Assembly (NCBI GenBank): GCA_963705725.1 | Contig: CAVPKM010000016.1 | Coordinates: 32,001 to 96,000, forward strand | Direction of reading: 5' to 3' | Origin: an uncultured Gammaproteobacteria bacterium | GTDB lineage: Bacteria; Pseudomonadota; Gammaproteobacteria; UBA6002 | Length of the DNA: 64,000 bases | Part shown: positions 40,902 through 54,393 of the stretch, piece by piece | How positions within the stretch are numbered: the first letter of the stretch is position 1 | Layout of the letters: each line of letters opens with the position of its first letter | Program-made: the position numbers and the translations under genes | Notes under the pieces: model-generated | Seen by the model: only the letters and a program-made list of their open reading frames with translations | What the model was told of the DNA's origin: nothing | Database searches by the model: none

Positions 40902-41765
40902 CTAGACAGCAGCTGCACCCGCAACGATTTCTGCAATTTCTTGCGTAATCGCCGCCTGTCTGGCCTTGTTATAAATTAATTGCAGATCTTTAATAATGTC
41001 CCCTGCATTCTCTGTTGCATTTTTCATTGCTACCATTCTTGCCGATTGTTCACAGGCAATATTTTCCATCACTGCCGTATAAACTTCCGACTCAATGTAA
41101 CGAATCAAAAGTACATTAAGTAGTTCTCTTGCGTCAGGCTCATAAATATAATCCCAATATTTCGATTCAGCCTTATTTTTTGGTATGCGAATGGGTAATA
41201 AGCTAGATATTTTCGGTTTCTGTGTCATCGTATTAACAAATTCATTAGAGGCTAAATAAATGGCATCAATACTACCATTATCATAACTATCCAGCATGAT
41301 TTTGATAATACCAATCAGCTGGTTGACGCTTGGCCTATCTCCCAAATGATCTGCTTTTGCGATAATATTTCCTCCAATGCGGTGAAAAAAATTTTCACCT
41401 TTTTGCCCAATTACACATAAGCTATTTTCAACATTTTTTTTCTGCCAGTTTTGCATATCGGTAAGCACGGCGCGAAATAAATTAATATTCAACCCACCAC
41501 ACAATCCACGATCTGTAGAAACAATAATATAACCGACTTTTTTAATGTCTTTTCTTGGTACTAGATAAGGATGATGGTACTCACTATGACTCCAGGCAAC
41601 ATTTCCCATTATCCGTTCAGTTGCTTCAGCATAAGGACGCGCCTTCTGCATAAGCTCTTGAGCTTTACGCATTTTACTAACCGCAACCAATTGCATCGCA
41701 CTGGTTATTTTTTTTGTTTTTTCAATGCTTCTGATCTTGGTTTTGATTTCTCTCCCAACTGCCAT
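40902..41765 (-). CDS. atpG: F1Fo ATP synthase gamma subunit
   Basis: 'KITSAM', 'DRGLCGGLN', '[12 protein letters not shown]'. Confidence 0.97.
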   Translation of the reverse strand: MAVGREIKTKIRSIEKTKKITSAMQLVAVSKMRKAQELMQKARPYAEATERIMGNVAWSHSEYHHPYLVPRKDIKKVGYIIVSTDRGLCGGLNINLFRAVLTDMQNWQKKNVENSLCVIGQKGENFFHRIGGNIIAKADHLGDRPSVNQLIGIIKIMLDSYDNGSIDAIYLASNEFVNTMTQKPKISSLLPIRIPKNKAESKYWDYIYEPDARELLNVLLIRYIESEVYTAVMENIACEQSARMVAMKNATENAGDIIKDLQLIYNKARQAAITQEIAEIVAGAAAV

Positions 41766-41771
41766 TTCATA

Positions 41772-43325
41772 CTACCATGATTGATTTTTTTTAAAATCTT
41801 GAACTGCTTCATGAAGCTTTTTACCAATCTCATCGCTGTATGAAGGATTGTCATTTATCGTTTGTAGTAAATCCCCATATTTATCATGCATAAATTGACG
41901 TAATTCTTCTTCAAAGCTGACCACTTTTTTAATTTCAACATCATCGAGATAACCTTGATCCGTGATAAATAAGCTTACCGCCATATCTGCTACTGAAAGA
42001 GGAAGATATTGTTTTTGCTTGAGAATTTCAGTACTTCGTTGACCACGCTCTAATTGTTTGCGTGTTGTTTCATCAAGATCAGAAGAAAATTGAGCAAAAG
42101 CTTCAAGCTCTCGATATTGCGCTTGCGCTAAACGAAGACCACCACCAAATTTTTTGATGATTTTGGTTTGTGCCGCGCCTCCGACGCGAGAAACAGAAAG
42201 TCCTGCATTGATTGCTGGCCTAATGCCTGAATTAAACAAATCGGTATCTAGATAAATTTGACCATCTGTAATTGAAATAACATTAGTAGGAACAAAGGCA
42301 GAAACGTCTCCTGCTTGTGTTTCAATAATAGGCAATGCGGTTAATGACCCCGTTCGTCCTTTCACCTTGCCATTTGTCATTTTTTCGACATATTCTTCAT
42401 TAACACGTGCGGCCCGCTCTAAAAGTCGGGAGTGGATATAGAAAACATCTCCAGGATATGCTTCACGCCCTGGTGGCCTTTTTAGCAAAAGTGAAATTTG
42501 GCGATAAGCCCAAGCTTGTTTAGAGAGATCATCATAAATAATTAAGGCATCTCTCCCACTGTCTCGAAAATATTCACCCATCGAACAACCAGCATAAGGA
42601 GCAATGAATTGCAATGAGGCAGACTCAGAGGCAGAGGCTGCAACAATAATGGTGTATTCCATTGCGCCATATTCTTCAAGTTTACGAACGATATTCGCAA
42701 TAGTTGAGGACTTTTGACCGATGGCTACGTAAACGCAAAATACATCCTTCCCTTTTTGATTAATAATGGTATCGATTGCAATCGCTGTTTTACCTGTTTG
42801 ACGATCACCAATAATCAGTTCTCTTTGGCCCCGACCAATTGGCACTAACGCATCAATCGACTTTAGCCCTGTTTGCAAAGGCTGGCTAACGGATTGCCGA
42901 GTAATCACACCGGGTGCAACTTTTTCGATTGGGGAAGTGAGTTCTGTTTCAATGGGACCCTTGCCATCAATTGGCAAACCCAGTGCATTGACTACTCTTC
43001 CCAGCAAAGCTTCACCCACAGGCACTTCAAGAATGCGTCCTGTACATTTTACCGTCTGACCTTCAGCAAGATGCTCATAGGGGCCGAGAATAACTGCACC
43101 TACAGAATCACGCTCTAAGTTTAAGGCCATACCATACGTTTGACCTTCAAATTCAAGCATTTCACCATTCATCGCTTCTTCTAAGCCATGAATTTGAGCA
43201 ATACCATCCTGTAATTTAACAATTCTACCCTGTAATGAAAATTCAGAACTTAATTTAGCGTTCTCTAAACGCTTTTGGATTAGCTCACTAATTTCAGATG
43301 GGCTTAACTGCATTTTTGTTTGCAT
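41772..43325 (-). CDS. atpA: F1Fo ATP synthase alpha subunit
   Basis: 'GDRQTGKT', '[13 protein letters not shown]', 'ITDGQI'. Confidence 0.98.
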   Translation of the reverse strand: MQTKMQLSPSEISELIQKRLENAKLSSEFSLQGRIVKLQDGIAQIHGLEEAMNGEMLEFEGQTYGMALNLERDSVGAVILGPYEHLAEGQTVKCTGRILEVPVGEALLGRVVNALGLPIDGKGPIETELTSPIEKVAPGVITRQSVSQPLQTGLKSIDALVPIGRGQRELIIGDRQTGKTAIAIDTIINQKGKDVFCVYVAIGQKSSTIANIVRKLEEYGAMEYTIIVAASASESASLQFIAPYAGCSMGEYFRDSGRDALIIYDDLSKQAWAYRQISLLLKRPPGREAYPGDVFYIHSRLLERAARVNEEYVEKMTNGKVKGRTGSLTALPIIETQAGDVSAFVPTNVISITDGQIYLDTDLFNSGIRPAINAGLSVSRVGGAAQTKIIKKFGGGLRLAQAQYRELEAFAQFSSDLDETTRKQLERGQRSTEILKQKQYLPLSVADMAVSLFITDQGYLDDVEIKKVVSFEEELRQFMHDKYGDLLQTINDNPSYSDEIGKKLHEAVQDFKKNQSW

Positions 43326-43340
43326 CTCGAATATTCTCCC

Positions 43341-43886
43341 CTAACTACACAAACTTTCAGAAAGCTTTTTCAATTTAGTACGTAGTGATCCATCAATAAC
43401 GCGATCACCCGCATAAATAATGATACCACCCAGTAGGTTCTTATCTACCGCACACTCTAAAACGATTTGACGTTTTAAATGGTTTTGCAATGCATGAGTC
43501 AATCGTTGCAAACGAATTTCATCAATCGGGTAAGCGCTGATCACTTTTACTTCAGCTCTCTTCTCACGCTCTGCCAAGTATTTTTCATAGCGACTAGCAA
43601 TAGCCGGCAACAAGTTGAGGCGTTTTTTTTCTATTAGAATTTGAATTAAATTGGTTACCTGATGTGCCCTGCCCCCATCGATGCAAGTGACAATATCCAT
43701 AAAAACAGCACTCAAATCTTTTTTCGATATCAATGGGTTATTCAATACTGTTTGCATATTTTGATCTTCAACAATTCCAGCAAGCATGGCCAGTTCTTTG
43801 GACCAATCTTTTAAAGTCTGATTTAGCAATGCCGTTTCAAAAATCGCTTTCGCATAGGGCCTTGCAATAGTAGATAATTCAGCCAT
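43341..43886 (-). CDS. atpH: F1Fo ATP synthase delta subunit
   Basis: 'TIARPYAKA', 'LLGG...GDRVIDGS'. Confidence 0.95.
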   Translation of the reverse strand: MAELSTIARPYAKAIFETALLNQTLKDWSKELAMLAGIVEDQNMQTVLNNPLISKKDLSAVFMDIVTCIDGGRAHQVTNLIQILIEKKRLNLLPAIASRYEKYLAEREKRAEVKVISAYPIDEIRLQRLTHALQNHLKRQIVLECAVDKNLLGGIIIYAGDRVIDGSLRTKLKKLSESLCS

Positions 43887-43888
43887 GA

Positions 43889-44359
43889 TTAAATCTCATC
43901 GATTAACTGGTCAACCAATCGGTTATTCACTGACTCATCAACCTTTGTTTCTAAGATCTTTTCTGCAGCAGAAATGGCCATACCGGTGATTTGTTCCAAT
44001 AACTGTTGTTTAGCCGTATGCATTTCTTGATCAATTTGTTCTTTTGCAAGACCAATTAAACGTTCACCTTCCAGACGCGCCTTCTCCTTTGCTTCCTCAA
44101 CCATTCGAGTGGCACGTTGCATCGCTTGATCAATCACCTTACCCGCCTCAATCTTTGCGTCGCGAAGTTGTTCCACCGCTTTGTGCCTTGCAAGCTCCAG
44201 TTCATGATGACCTCTTTCGGCCGCTTCTAATCCAGCTGCAATTTGTTTACGGCGATCTTCAAGCGCCTTCATCATCGGAGGCCAGATATACTTCATTGTT
44301 ACCCCGACCAGAACCATAAAGGTAATCATTTGGCCCAATAAAGTAAGATTTATATTCAC
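43889..44359 (-). CDS. atpF: F1Fo ATP synthase subunit b
   Basis: 'MNINLTLLGQ...KYIWPP', 156 aa, GTG start. Confidence 0.96.
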   Translation of the reverse strand: MNINLTLLGQMITFMVLVGVTMKYIWPPMMKALEDRRKQIAAGLEAAERGHHELELARHKAVEQLRDAKIEAGKVIDQAMQRATRMVEEAKEKARLEGERLIGLAKEQIDQEMHTAKQQLLEQITGMAISAAEKILETKVDESVNNRLVDQLIDEI

Positions 44360-44380
44360 GGTCGTGACCCCTAATTAAAT

Positions 44381-44725
<345 letters not shown>

Positions 44726-44740
44726 TCACCTTGTCTAAGG

Positions 44741-44782
44741 GTAACTATTCAGCACAAATGCTAGAAGCCGCCGAGTAGTTAC
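44741..44782. repeat. Mini-MITE copy between atpB and atpE
   Basis: GTAACTATTCAGCACAAATGCTAGAAGCCGCCGAGTAGTTAC; the first ~27 nt match the inverted right end of the long element. Confidence 0.8.
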
Positions 44783-44784
44783 CT

Positions 44785-45995
<1,211 letters not shown>

Positions 45996-46018
45996 CTCAA
46001 TGCCATCAAACCTGGCGG

Positions 46019-46047
46019 AGTATATTATATTTTTTTATTCAGGACAA
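46019..46047 (-). promoter_or_regulatory. Sigma70-like promoter of the atp operon
   Basis: Minus strand TTGTCC-17 bp-TATACT between parB and atpI. Confidence 0.5.
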
Positions 46048-46055
46048 CCGGTTAC

Positions 46056-46964
46056 TTACTTATTCTGGTTATCGCTATCCAGATGCTGCAAGATAGTGTC
46101 GAGTTGTGTTTTTGATTTATAATGAACAATTAATTTGCCTTTATTTTCATCTTTATTCTTGATGGTTACTCTTGCGCCAAGACGTTTACTGAGCGATTTT
46201 TCGATTTGAACCAGATTTTGATCCCTTTCTACACGAATAGGAATATCATAAAGATTAATTAACCGACGAATATAAAGTTCTGTCTCTCGAACCGACATGC
46301 CTTTTAAAACTATTTGCGCTGCAACTTGACACTGTCTTTCTTCATCAAGTGATAACAATGCTCTTGCATGACCCATTTCTATCTCGCCTTTTTCGACCAT
46401 CCGCTTGACTTCAGGGGGCAATACCAACAATCGCAACAAGTTACTAATTGTGGCCCGAGATTTGCCTACTATAGTTGCGATTTGTTGATGAGTGAGTGAA
46501 AATTCTTGACTCAAGCGATGCAGGGCCATCGCTTCTTCAATAGCATTCAGATCTTCTCTTTGAATATTTTCAATTAACGCTACTGCAATCGCGGCTTCAT
46601 CTGGAATTTCTTTGATTAAAGCAGGGATTTCTTTTAATCCTGCTAGTTGAGCTGCACGCCAACGCCTTTCCCCAGCTACGATTTCATATTTATCATTTCC
46701 AACTAAGCGAATAACAATGGGTTGAATTATGCCTTGTGATCGAATGGATTCGGCAAGTTCTTCTAATCCGGTAGAATCTACATCCCGTCTTGGTTGGTAC
46801 TTTCCTGGTTGAATCCTATCGAGGGGTACCTGCTTCAAATCGGATTCTTGCAGCTGGTTAGTCTTGGGTTTTTCCTGCGTATTTTCAGATGTCATGCGAC
46901 TGAGTAATTCATTTAAACCCAGGTCATGCAAACTGCGACCCAGGCCTCTTTTTTTAACCGACAT
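46056..46964 (-). CDS. parB: Chromosome partitioning protein ParB
   Basis: 'KRGLGR', 'YQPR', 'VAGERRWRAA', 'ENIQREDL', 'MGHARALL'. Confidence 0.96.
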   Translation of the reverse strand: MSVKKRGLGRSLHDLGLNELLSRMTSENTQEKPKTNQLQESDLKQVPLDRIQPGKYQPRRDVDSTGLEELAESIRSQGIIQPIVIRLVGNDKYEIVAGERRWRAAQLAGLKEIPALIKEIPDEAAIAVALIENIQREDLNAIEEAMALHRLSQEFSLTHQQIATIVGKSRATISNLLRLLVLPPEVKRMVEKGEIEMGHARALLSLDEERQCQVAAQIVLKGMSVRETELYIRRLINLYDIPIRVERDQNLVQIEKSLSKRLGARVTIKNKDENKGKLIVHYKSKTQLDTILQHLDSDNQNK

Positions 46965-47742
46965 TAACTGCTTCCTCCTGGGTCATCCGCCTGCGAATTA
47001 ATTCACCTGCTAATGCGAGATAGGCTGCCGCGCCTTGCGATTTATCATCGTAAAGTATAATAGGCAATCCATGACTCGGTGCTTCTGCCAAGCGTACATT
47101 TCTTGGAATAACTGTTTGAAATATTTTGTCTTTAAATAAATGGCTTAATTGCTCTGACACTTCGACGGTCAAACGATTTCGACCATCATACATGGTACGG
47201 AGCAATCCTTCGATTTTCAAAGTAGGATTAACCGATTGCTGTAGTTGCTCAATCGTTGTTAATAATCCCGCTAAACCTTCCATCGCATAGTATTCACATT
47301 GCATAGGAATAAGGACTGAATCGGCTGCAACCAGTGCGTTTACAGTCAACATATTGAGAGCAGGTGGACAATCGATAATAATGAAATCATAAGCATCTAA
47401 CAGTATGGCTAAACTTTCTTTAAGAAAATACTCGCGGTTTTCCTCTTTAAGCAAGCGAATTTCTGCGACAGTCAACAAATGATTAGCAGGAATCATATCA
47501 TAATTCCCTGATGTCTTTTGTCTTACCTCTAATAAGGTATTCTCTTTCAGCAATACTTGATTTATTGTCAATGACTCGGGAGTGAGCTTAATTCCGCTTC
47601 CTACGGTGGCATTGCCTTGAGGATCCAAATCGATGAGTAATATACGACGTTTCGTCGCAGCAAGAGAGGCAGCAAGATTAACAGATGTAGTGGTTTTCCC
47701 AACGCCACCTTTTTGATTAGCAACTGCAATCACCTTATTCAT
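46954..47742 (-). CDS. parA: Chromosome partitioning ATPase ParA/Soj
   Basis: 'NQKGGVGKTT', 'DLDPQGNAT', 'IDCPP', 'NVRLAEAPSHG'. Confidence 0.96.
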   Translation of the reverse strand: MNKVIAVANQKGGVGKTTTSVNLAASLAATKRRILLIDLDPQGNATVGSGIKLTPESLTINQVLLKENTLLEVRQKTSGNYDMIPANHLLTVAEIRLLKEENREYFLKESLAILLDAYDFIIIDCPPALNMLTVNALVAADSVLIPMQCEYYAMEGLAGLLTTIEQLQQSVNPTLKIEGLLRTMYDGRNRLTVEVSEQLSHLFKDKIFQTVIPRNVRLAEAPSHGLPIILYDDKSQGAAAYLALAGELIRRRMTQEEAVNVG

Positions 47743-48368
47743 TAATCTACCCTTATGCGAACTAAATGGCGCCTCTCATCAAGAAACGGAATAATTAAGC
47801 GATGAACTTTAGCACGATTAGGTAGATTTTGCAGCTCTGCTTGCGGATAGGCTCCTTTCATAATCAATAATTCGCCGTCATGGCAAAGTAATTTTTTGGT
47901 CACTTGCAGTATGTTTTCGATAGAAGAATAGGCCCTAGCAGTGATGCAATCAAAACAAAAAGCGGGCTGATATTTTTCAATTCGATTTTGAACAATCTCC
48001 ACATTATGAATACCTAACTCAGCTGCCGCCTGCGTTAAAAATCTTGTCTTCTTACCATTGCTATCTAGTAATACCACTTGAACCTGTTCTTTTATTAAAG
48101 CACATGGTAGCCCAGGAAATCCTGCTCCTGAACCCACATCAAGCAAGCGCGTGCCATGGAGAAAGGCAATAATGCTGAGACTATCAAGAATATGATGAGT
48201 AATAATTTCGTTAGGTTCGGTAATGGCGGTGAGATTGAATACTTTATTCCATTTTATTAGAAGCTGCATATATTGCATAAGCTTTTCTGCGTTAACTTCT
48301 GTGATGGTTAACCCTAATTGCTCGATTCCCAAATAAAGTTTAGCTAACAATCGGTTGTAATTTTGCAT
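47742..48368 (-). CDS. rsmG: 16S rRNA m7G527 methyltransferase (GidB)
   Basis: '[11 protein letters not shown]', 'HILDSL', '[10 protein letters not shown]', 'DSNGKK'. Confidence 0.95.
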   Translation of the reverse strand: MQNYNRLLAKLYLGIEQLGLTITEVNAEKLMQYMQLLIKWNKVFNLTAITEPNEIITHHILDSLSIIAFLHGTRLLDVGSGAGFPGLPCALIKEQVQVVLLDSNGKKTRFLTQAAAELGIHNVEIVQNRIEKYQPAFCFDCITARAYSSIENILQVTKKLLCHDGELLIMKGAYPQAELQNLPNRAKVHRLIIPFLDERRHLVRIRVD

Positions 48369-50223
48369 GTTTTTTAATATGTATCAGCAACAACGAAATT
48401 GCCGCAGGAGTGACCCCTGGAATGCGAGAAGCTTGTCCAATTGTGGTAGGTTTAATCAAATTTAATTTTTGTTTCACTTCATTTGACAACCCTGGCACTT
48501 TTTCAAAATCCATCCGCTTTGGAATAGGGGTATTTTCATTTTTACGTTGTCTTTGTATTTCTTCCTCTTGGCGCTTGATATAACCTTCATATTTCGCTTG
48601 TATTTCGACCTGAGTCGCCACCTCCTGATCTAATACTTTTTCAATCCCCACTAATGAAATTAAATTTTCATATTTCGCTTCAGGTCGTTTCAATAAATCT
48701 ATTATTCGATATTCGCGCTCAAGTGGTTTTCCAAATAATTCGCCAAGCTTTAAACTATTTTCATGATTTGGTCTTACCCAGATTGAGTGAAGGCGGGTAA
48801 TTTCGTTATTTAATGTGGTTTGTTTATGCTCAAATCGTTGCCAACGCTTATCATCCACTAACCCCAACTCTCTTCCAATAGGAGTTAACCGAAGATCTGC
48901 ATTGTCTTCTCTTAAAGTTAACCGATATTCTGCTCGGCTAGTAAACATTCGATAAGGTTCTTGTGTACCCGCTGTGATGAGATCATCAATTAACACGCCA
49001 ATATAAGCCTCGTCTCTTTTCGGATACCAGCCAGCTAATCCTTTAGCACGACGCGCCGCATTAAGTCCTGCAATTAAACCTTGTGCACCCGCCTCTTCAT
49101 ACCCGGTTGTTCCGTTAATCTGTCCTGCAAAATATAAACCAGCAATCTTTTTTGTTTCTAAGTAAGGAGAAAGATCTCGCGGATCAAAAAAATCATATTC
49201 AATCGCATATCCTGGACGGGTAATATGGGCATTTTCTAAGCCAACAATTGAGTGAATAAATTTTTCTTGAACGTCAAAAGGTAGGCTGGTAGAAACGCCA
49301 TTTGGATAAACTTCATGAGTAGAAAGCCCTTCTGGTTCAATAAAAATTTGATGGCTTAATTTGTCCGCAAAACGCACAACTTTATCTTCAATTGACGGAC
49401 AATATCGTGGCCCAACTCCTTCTATTACACCGGTATACATGGGTGAACGGTCAAAATTTTCCAGGATGTAGGCATGAGTTTTTTCATTAGTTTGAGTAAT
49501 ATAGCAGTTAATTTGCGCAGGATGTGCAGGGATATTTAGAAAAGAAAAATGGGGAATAGGTGTGTCGCCGGGTTGAACCTGCAACTTGGTGTAATCAATG
49601 GTCCTACCATCTAAACGTGGCGGCGTACCTGTTTTGAGGCGATTGACTCGAAAAGGTAATTCACGAAGGCGTGCTGCCAAGGATAACGAAGGAGAATCTC
49701 CCGCCCTTCCACCTTGATGATTTTCAAGCCCAATATGAATTTTTCCATTCAAAAATGTACCAGCGGTTAGGACGACTTGCCTTGCATAGAAGGCTACACC
49801 CATCTCTGTTTTTACCCCTACTACTTGATCACCTTCTAATAAAATATCCTCAACGGGTTGTTGAAAAATTCTAAGATTTGGTTGGCTTTCAAGTTTAGAT
49901 CTGATTGCTCGCTTATAAAGCATGCGATCTGCCTGTGCCCGTGTTGCTTGAACTGCCGGGCCCTTGCTTGAATTAAGGATTCTAAAATGAATACCCGCTT
50001 CATCAATCGCTTCAGCCATCACACCGCCTAGGGCATCGATTTCTTTCACCAGCTGTCCCTTGCCAAGACCACCAATAGCAGGATTACAAGACATTTGGCC
50101 GATTGTTTCAATATTATGTGTCAATAATAAAGTATTCGCACCCAGCCTAGCAGCAGCTGAAGCAGCTTCAGTTCCAGCGTGACCGCCGCCAACAATAATT
50201 ACATCAAAATGGTAAATTGACAT
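48340..50223 (-). CDS. mnmG: tRNA U34 modification enzyme (GidA)
   Basis: '[10 protein letters not shown]', 'MSCNPAIGG', '[11 protein letters not shown]', '[13 protein letters not shown]'. Confidence 0.97.
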   Translation of the reverse strand: MSIYHFDVIIVGGGHAGTEAASAAARLGANTLLLTHNIETIGQMSCNPAIGGLGKGQLVKEIDALGGVMAEAIDEAGIHFRILNSSKGPAVQATRAQADRMLYKRAIRSKLESQPNLRIFQQPVEDILLEGDQVVGVKTEMGVAFYARQVVLTAGTFLNGKIHIGLENHQGGRAGDSPSLSLAARLRELPFRVNRLKTGTPPRLDGRTIDYTKLQVQPGDTPIPHFSFLNIPAHPAQINCYITQTNEKTHAYILENFDRSPMYTGVIEGVGPRYCPSIEDKVVRFADKLSHQIFIEPEGLSTHEVYPNGVSTSLPFDVQEKFIHSIVGLENAHITRPGYAIEYDFFDPRDLSPYLETKKIAGLYFAGQINGTTGYEEAGAQGLIAGLNAARRAKGLAGWYPKRDEAYIGVLIDDLITAGTQEPYRMFTSRAEYRLTLREDNADLRLTPIGRELGLVDDKRWQRFEHKQTTLNNEITRLHSIWVRPNHENSLKLGELFGKPLEREYRIIDLLKRPEAKYENLISLVGIEKVLDQEVATQVEIQAKYEGYIKRQEEEIQRQRKNENTPIPKRMDFEKVPGLSNEVKQKLNLIKPTTIGQASRIPGVTPAAISLLLIHIKKHAKLQPIVS

Positions 50224-50226
50224 TTA

Positions 50227-51576
50227 TCACTTTCCTATGCAGAAAGAAGAAAAAATTTCACCTAATAAATCATCTGCCGTAAAAATTCCGGTAATTTCAG
50301 ATAAAGCTTGCTGTGCATTGCGAAGTTCTTCCGCTAGAAGTTCTCCTGCAGTCAATTGTGCCGTTGCCTCCTGAAAATGTTGTAATGCACGTATTAAGGC
50401 ATTGAGATGTCGACTCCTCGCACTAAAGAGCGTATTTTCACAGGTATATCCCATGCATTTTTTTAGATGAGCTTTTAAAAGCGGTAAACCTAAGGCCGTT
50501 TTAGCTGAAATCTGAATCACTGGTAGATTTAATTTTTCAAGCTGATAACTAATTGCAGATTCTTCTGTTAAATCAATTTTATTTTTAACAATTATAAGGC
50601 GATCGAAATGATCGCTGAATTGTTGTACCAAGGGATGATTTTCAAAATTAAACTGATCCTCTTGTGCATCTAAAATTAGCAATATTCTATCTGCATTGGA
50701 TATTTCATTCAGCGCGCGATTGACTCCTTCTAATTCAATTGCATCTTCTGTTTGACGTAAACCTGCTGTATCTAATAAATACAATGGCATCCCATCTATC
50801 AGGATGGTCTCACGAATAACATCTCGAGTGGTTCCTGCTGTGCTACTCACAATGGCTGCATCAATACCAGCTAGCGCATTCAACAGGCTCGATTTGCCTG
50901 CATTAGGATGCCCAACAATCACTACCTTCATCCCCTCTTTCAAGGTAGCACCTTGTCTTGCTTCTGCCAAAATAGTGCGGGTTTGCGAAATCAATTCTTC
51001 AAGTTTTTCTTTAATTCTTCCCTCTGACAAAAAATCGACTTCTTCTTCAGGAAAATCAATTGCAGCTTCGACATAAGTACGTAAACGCGTAACCGCCTCA
51101 ACTAGGGTAGTAATTTTTCTTGAAAAAACTCCCTGCAACGACCTCATCGCACTACGCGCTGCTTCTTGCGATTGGGCAGCAATCACATCTGCAGTGGCTT
51201 CTGCTTGAGTAAGATCCATTTTTCCGTTTAAAAAAGCTCTTTCAGTAAATTCTCCTGGACGAGCAAGGCGTGCACCAAGCTCAATGACTCGTTGTAATAC
51301 TAAGTCCAAGATAAAAACACCACCATGCCCATGCAATTCAAGCACGTCTTCTCCGGTAAAAGAATGCGGTTTATTGAAGAATATCGCGAGTCCTTCATCA
51401 AGGATATGATTTTCACCATCTACAAAACGGGCAAAAGTGGCATGCCTAGGATCCGGAATTTCACCTAAAATCGCCTTAGCAATGGGCTGACAAAGTTGTC
51501 CAGAAATTCTTATAATTCCTACTCCGCCCATGCCAGAAGCTGTAGCACGAGCGGCAATTGTATCACTAGACGACAC
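50227..51576 (-). CDS. mnmE: tRNA modification GTPase (TrmE)
   Basis: 'SFTGEDVLE', 'GHPNAGKSSL', 'GTTRD', 'DTAG', 'NKID', 'FCIGK'. Confidence 0.97.
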   Translation of the reverse strand: MSSSDTIAARATASGMGGVGIIRISGQLCQPIAKAILGEIPDPRHATFARFVDGENHILDEGLAIFFNKPHSFTGEDVLELHGHGGVFILDLVLQRVIELGARLARPGEFTERAFLNGKMDLTQAEATADVIAAQSQEAARSAMRSLQGVFSRKITTLVEAVTRLRTYVEAAIDFPEEEVDFLSEGRIKEKLEELISQTRTILAEARQGATLKEGMKVVIVGHPNAGKSSLLNALAGIDAAIVSSTAGTTRDVIRETILIDGMPLYLLDTAGLRQTEDAIELEGVNRALNEISNADRILLILDAQEDQFNFENHPLVQQFSDHFDRLIIVKNKIDLTEESAISYQLEKLNLPVIQISAKTALGLPLLKAHLKKCMGYTCENTLFSARSRHLNALIRALQHFQEATAQLTAGELLAEELRNAQQALSEITGIFTADDLLGEIFSSFCIGK

Positions 51577-53230
51577 GCGGAGCCTTTATTGGCTTTCTTT
51601 TACCGGCATTTTCAACTTTTCGCATAATGTACCATTGTTGCAAAATGGATAAACAGTTATTCACAATCCAATATAACACTAAGCCAGCAGGAAAACTGAC
51701 GAATAAAATGGTGAACACCACGGGAAATAGCATCATGATTTTAGCTTGAACCGGATCGGGTGGTGGAGGATTAAGCTTTTGCTGCACCATCCAACTTAAC
51801 CCCATTAAAATAGGTAATACATAGTAAGGATCTTTCACCGATAAGTCATGTATCCAGAAAATAAAAGGCGCCTGCCTTAATTGTACGCTTTCAATTAAGA
51901 CATAATACAAAGCAATGAACACAGGAATCTGGATAATCATCGGCAAGCAACCACCTAAGGGATTGACTTTTTCTTTCCGATAAAGCTCCATGGTGGCTTG
52001 ACTGAGTTTCGCGCGATCGTCTGCATAACGCTCTTTCAAAGCCAATAAATTTGGCTGTAAATTACGCATCCTCGCCATTGATCGATAGCTGGTTTCAGAA
52101 AGTTTGTAAAACAACAGCTTGATGAATACAGTGACCAAGATAATCGCAAGCCCCCAGTTATGCACAAAGCGATAAATGAGATCCATGATTTTAAAAATGG
52201 GGTCTGAAAATATCCAAAGCCAACCATAATCAATGACTAAATCTAAATGCGGAGCAACTTGTTGTAGATTATTTTTTAGTTCTGGACCTGAATAAAGTTT
52301 GGTACTAAAAGTTTGGTCTCCCTTTGCCGGAATCTTCACCTCTGGAGTTTCAAAGCCAACAGTGTAAATACGATCCACGGGCTTATTTGTCTCTCCTATG
52401 GCTTGCGTTTTACTATAGTATCGCAATGTTTCATCGGCAGGGGGTACCCAGGCGCTTGCGAAATAGCGCTGCTGCATCGCTATCCAGCCTCCTTTAATCA
52501 TGCGATCCAAATTTTCTTTATCTAATTTACTGTAACTTAGCTTCTCATAAGGTGTTTGTGGACTAGAAATCGCGGCACCGGAATAGGTATGCAGTCCTAA
52601 CATATTTCCGCCATCAGAGATGCCTCTTCTAGTGATATCTGTCTTCATTACCACGTTAAGCGGAGTGTTTGATCGATTTACCAGCGAATAATTCACGCTA
52701 ATGTCATATTTTCCTGGCTTAAAAACATAGGTTTTCTGAATAGTTTTTTCTTTATCCTTCCAGGTTAATACCACAGAAAGTTCCTTACTATCTGGGGCAA
52801 GACGATAATGCATTTGAGGTGAGGTAAATAGTAATTGTTGAGTGTTTTGATCATTATTCAAAACTAGATTATTTTGTGCTGCATAGTACTGACTGGGGTT
52901 TTCAGTGAGTAAGGTTACGGGAGTATTGGGAGTTTCATAAGCAACAGGATAATCAGGCAGCTGCAAAGAAATAATATTGCCACCTAATTTATCAATTTTG
53001 ACAGCTAATGTATCGGTATTCACTTCTATCGTTCGGTCCTGAGAAGAGGAAACGGGTTGTGTTGAAATTGTTGTAGCTTGCTGCTGTTGATGCGCAGAAG
53101 CAGGCACTGCCGCGATATGATTAAAACTTACCTCAGCTTGAGGCTTTGGATAATCTTTTTGCCAAGCGGTCCAGAATAAAAACCCTACAATGGCAAGTGA
53201 AAAATAAAGGAGAATTTTTTTATCGAACAT
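51566..53230 (-). CDS. yidC: Membrane protein insertase
   Basis: 'IDYGWLW', 'NWGLAIIL.T', 'VNPLGGCLP', 'WIHDLS..DPYYVLP'. Confidence 0.96.
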   Translation of the reverse strand: MFDKKILLYFSLAIVGFLFWTAWQKDYPKPQAEVSFNHIAAVPASAHQQQQATTISTQPVSSSQDRTIEVNTDTLAVKIDKLGGNIISLQLPDYPVAYETPNTPVTLLTENPSQYYAAQNNLVLNNDQNTQQLLFTSPQMHYRLAPDSKELSVVLTWKDKEKTIQKTYVFKPGKYDISVNYSLVNRSNTPLNVVMKTDITRRGISDGGNMLGLHTYSGAAISSPQTPYEKLSYSKLDKENLDRMIKGGWIAMQQRYFASAWVPPADETLRYYSKTQAIGETNKPVDRIYTVGFETPEVKIPAKGDQTFSTKLYSGPELKNNLQQVAPHLDLVIDYGWLWIFSDPIFKIMDLIYRFVHNWGLAIILVTVFIKLLFYKLSETSYRSMARMRNLQPNLLALKERYADDRAKLSQATMELYRKEKVNPLGGCLPMIIQIPVFIALYYVLIESVQLRQAPFIFWIHDLSVKDPYYVLPILMGLSWMVQQKLNPPPPDPVQAKIMMLFPVVFTILFVSFPAGLVLYWIVNNCLSILQQWYIMRKVENAGKRKPIKAPRVV

Positions 53231-53510
53231 GACTTTTTACTTTTGAGTGATTAATAAATTTATTTGCAATAACGGGGTCGTACCCACCAGGACCAAATGG
53301 ATGACAACGTAGTAATCGCCATGTAATTAACATGACTGCTTTAACCAGATGATGGGTTTCGAGCGCCTCAATGGCATAATCCGAACAAGAGGGAAAAAAC
53401 CGGCATCGATGCCCTATTAATGGGCTAACCACATACTGATAGCCACGTAGACTACCAATCACTCCTTTCCGAAGTATCTGATTAGCTTTTCCCACACAAT
53501 ATCTAAACAT
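53220..53510 (-). CDS. yidD: Membrane protein insertion efficiency factor
   Basis: 'YQY.VSP...CRFFPSCSDYA', 'RLLRCHPF..GGYDPV'; start may be GTG 53495. Confidence 0.9.
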   Translation of the reverse strand: MFRYCVGKANQILRKGVIGSLRGYQYVVSPLIGHRCRFFPSCSDYAIEALETHHLVKAVMLITWRLLRCHPFGPGGYDPVIANKFINHSKVKSHVR

Positions 53511-53824
53511 GCTTTGATCTCAAGGTTATTCTGCAAAGACGTATCGAAGTAAACTTGAAACACCATATCAAGGTGGATCATCTGTTTATGATTCCATTGC
53601 CTAAAACTTTCCCTGATTATTCTTTTGATTCGATTGCGATCAACTGCCAGGCGCACTTGCTTTTTAGGTATGGAAATACCAACTCGACTATGAGTTTGTT
53701 CATTTCTACAAACTAGTGCGGTTATTCCTTGATACCGAAATTTCTTGGATTGCTTGAAGACTCGCTGAAAACTTGTAGCGTGACTTAACCTTACTTCCCT
53801 AGGAAAGGTATGCTTTTTAAGCAC
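53459..53824 (-). CDS. rnpA: RNase P protein component
   Basis: 'FPREVRL', 'RVGISIPKK', '[16 protein letters not shown]'. Confidence 0.93.
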   Translation of the reverse strand: MLKKHTFPREVRLSHATSFQRVFKQSKKFRYQGITALVCRNEQTHSRVGISIPKKQVRLAVDRNRIKRIIRESFRQWNHKQMIHLDMVFQVYFDTSLQNNLEIKACLDIVWEKLIRYFGKE

Positions 53825-53951
53825 TTAGACGTTTTCTACCCTTGCTTCTTCGATTTTTTATTACTTGCCGGCCTTTAGCCGTTGCCATTCTGGCTAAAAA
53901 GCCATGCACGCGTTTTCGTTTCAAGTTACTTGGCTGAAAGGTTCTTTTCAT
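53817..53951 (-). CDS. rpmH: 50S ribosomal protein L34
   Basis: '[44 protein letters not shown]', 44 aa from ATG 53951. Confidence 0.98.
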   Translation of the reverse strand: MKRTFQPSNLKRKRVHGFLARMATAKGRQVIKNRRSKGRKRLSA

Positions 53952-54094
53952 AACGTATCTCTTAATTTCAGATAAAACACTTAAGGATAACAGGATGAAA
54001 AAATTTTTCAACAGAAGAATGGCAAGAAGTATTTACTCATCTTGCGCATGACCAAGCGCCTATCATGCTCGTAAAGAAGGTATCCATCCATTAA

Positions 54095-54300
54095 CTAAGC
54101 AACAATAATAATTATAATTATATATATTATTGTTGTTATTAAGTGAATGTTTTTTGTGGATAACTTTATTTATTTAAACTAAATCAAATAGTTACAAACG
54201 ATTTAAGCGTTTTATCCTTGTGGATAATCAGGGGGCGAACACTTAACAACATTGTGATAAGTTTACTGTGAACAAAGCGACTACAATTTACTAACAGAAA
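54095..54300. other. Probable chromosomal replication origin (oriC)
   Basis: AT-rich DUE-like tract ~54101-54142; perfect DnaA boxes TGTGGATAA at 54155-54163 and 54219-54227; perfect IHF consensus AATCAAATAGTTA at 54182-54194; degenerate box TGTGAACAA at ~54267; next to rpmH-mnmG-parAB. Confidence 0.72.
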
Positions 54301-54393
54301 AATAACAAGATATCCTATACACTCTCATCAAATCACGAATGGGTATATTGCTCCCAAGGCTCTGGTGCAATCACTAGCCTTCTGGTATATTTT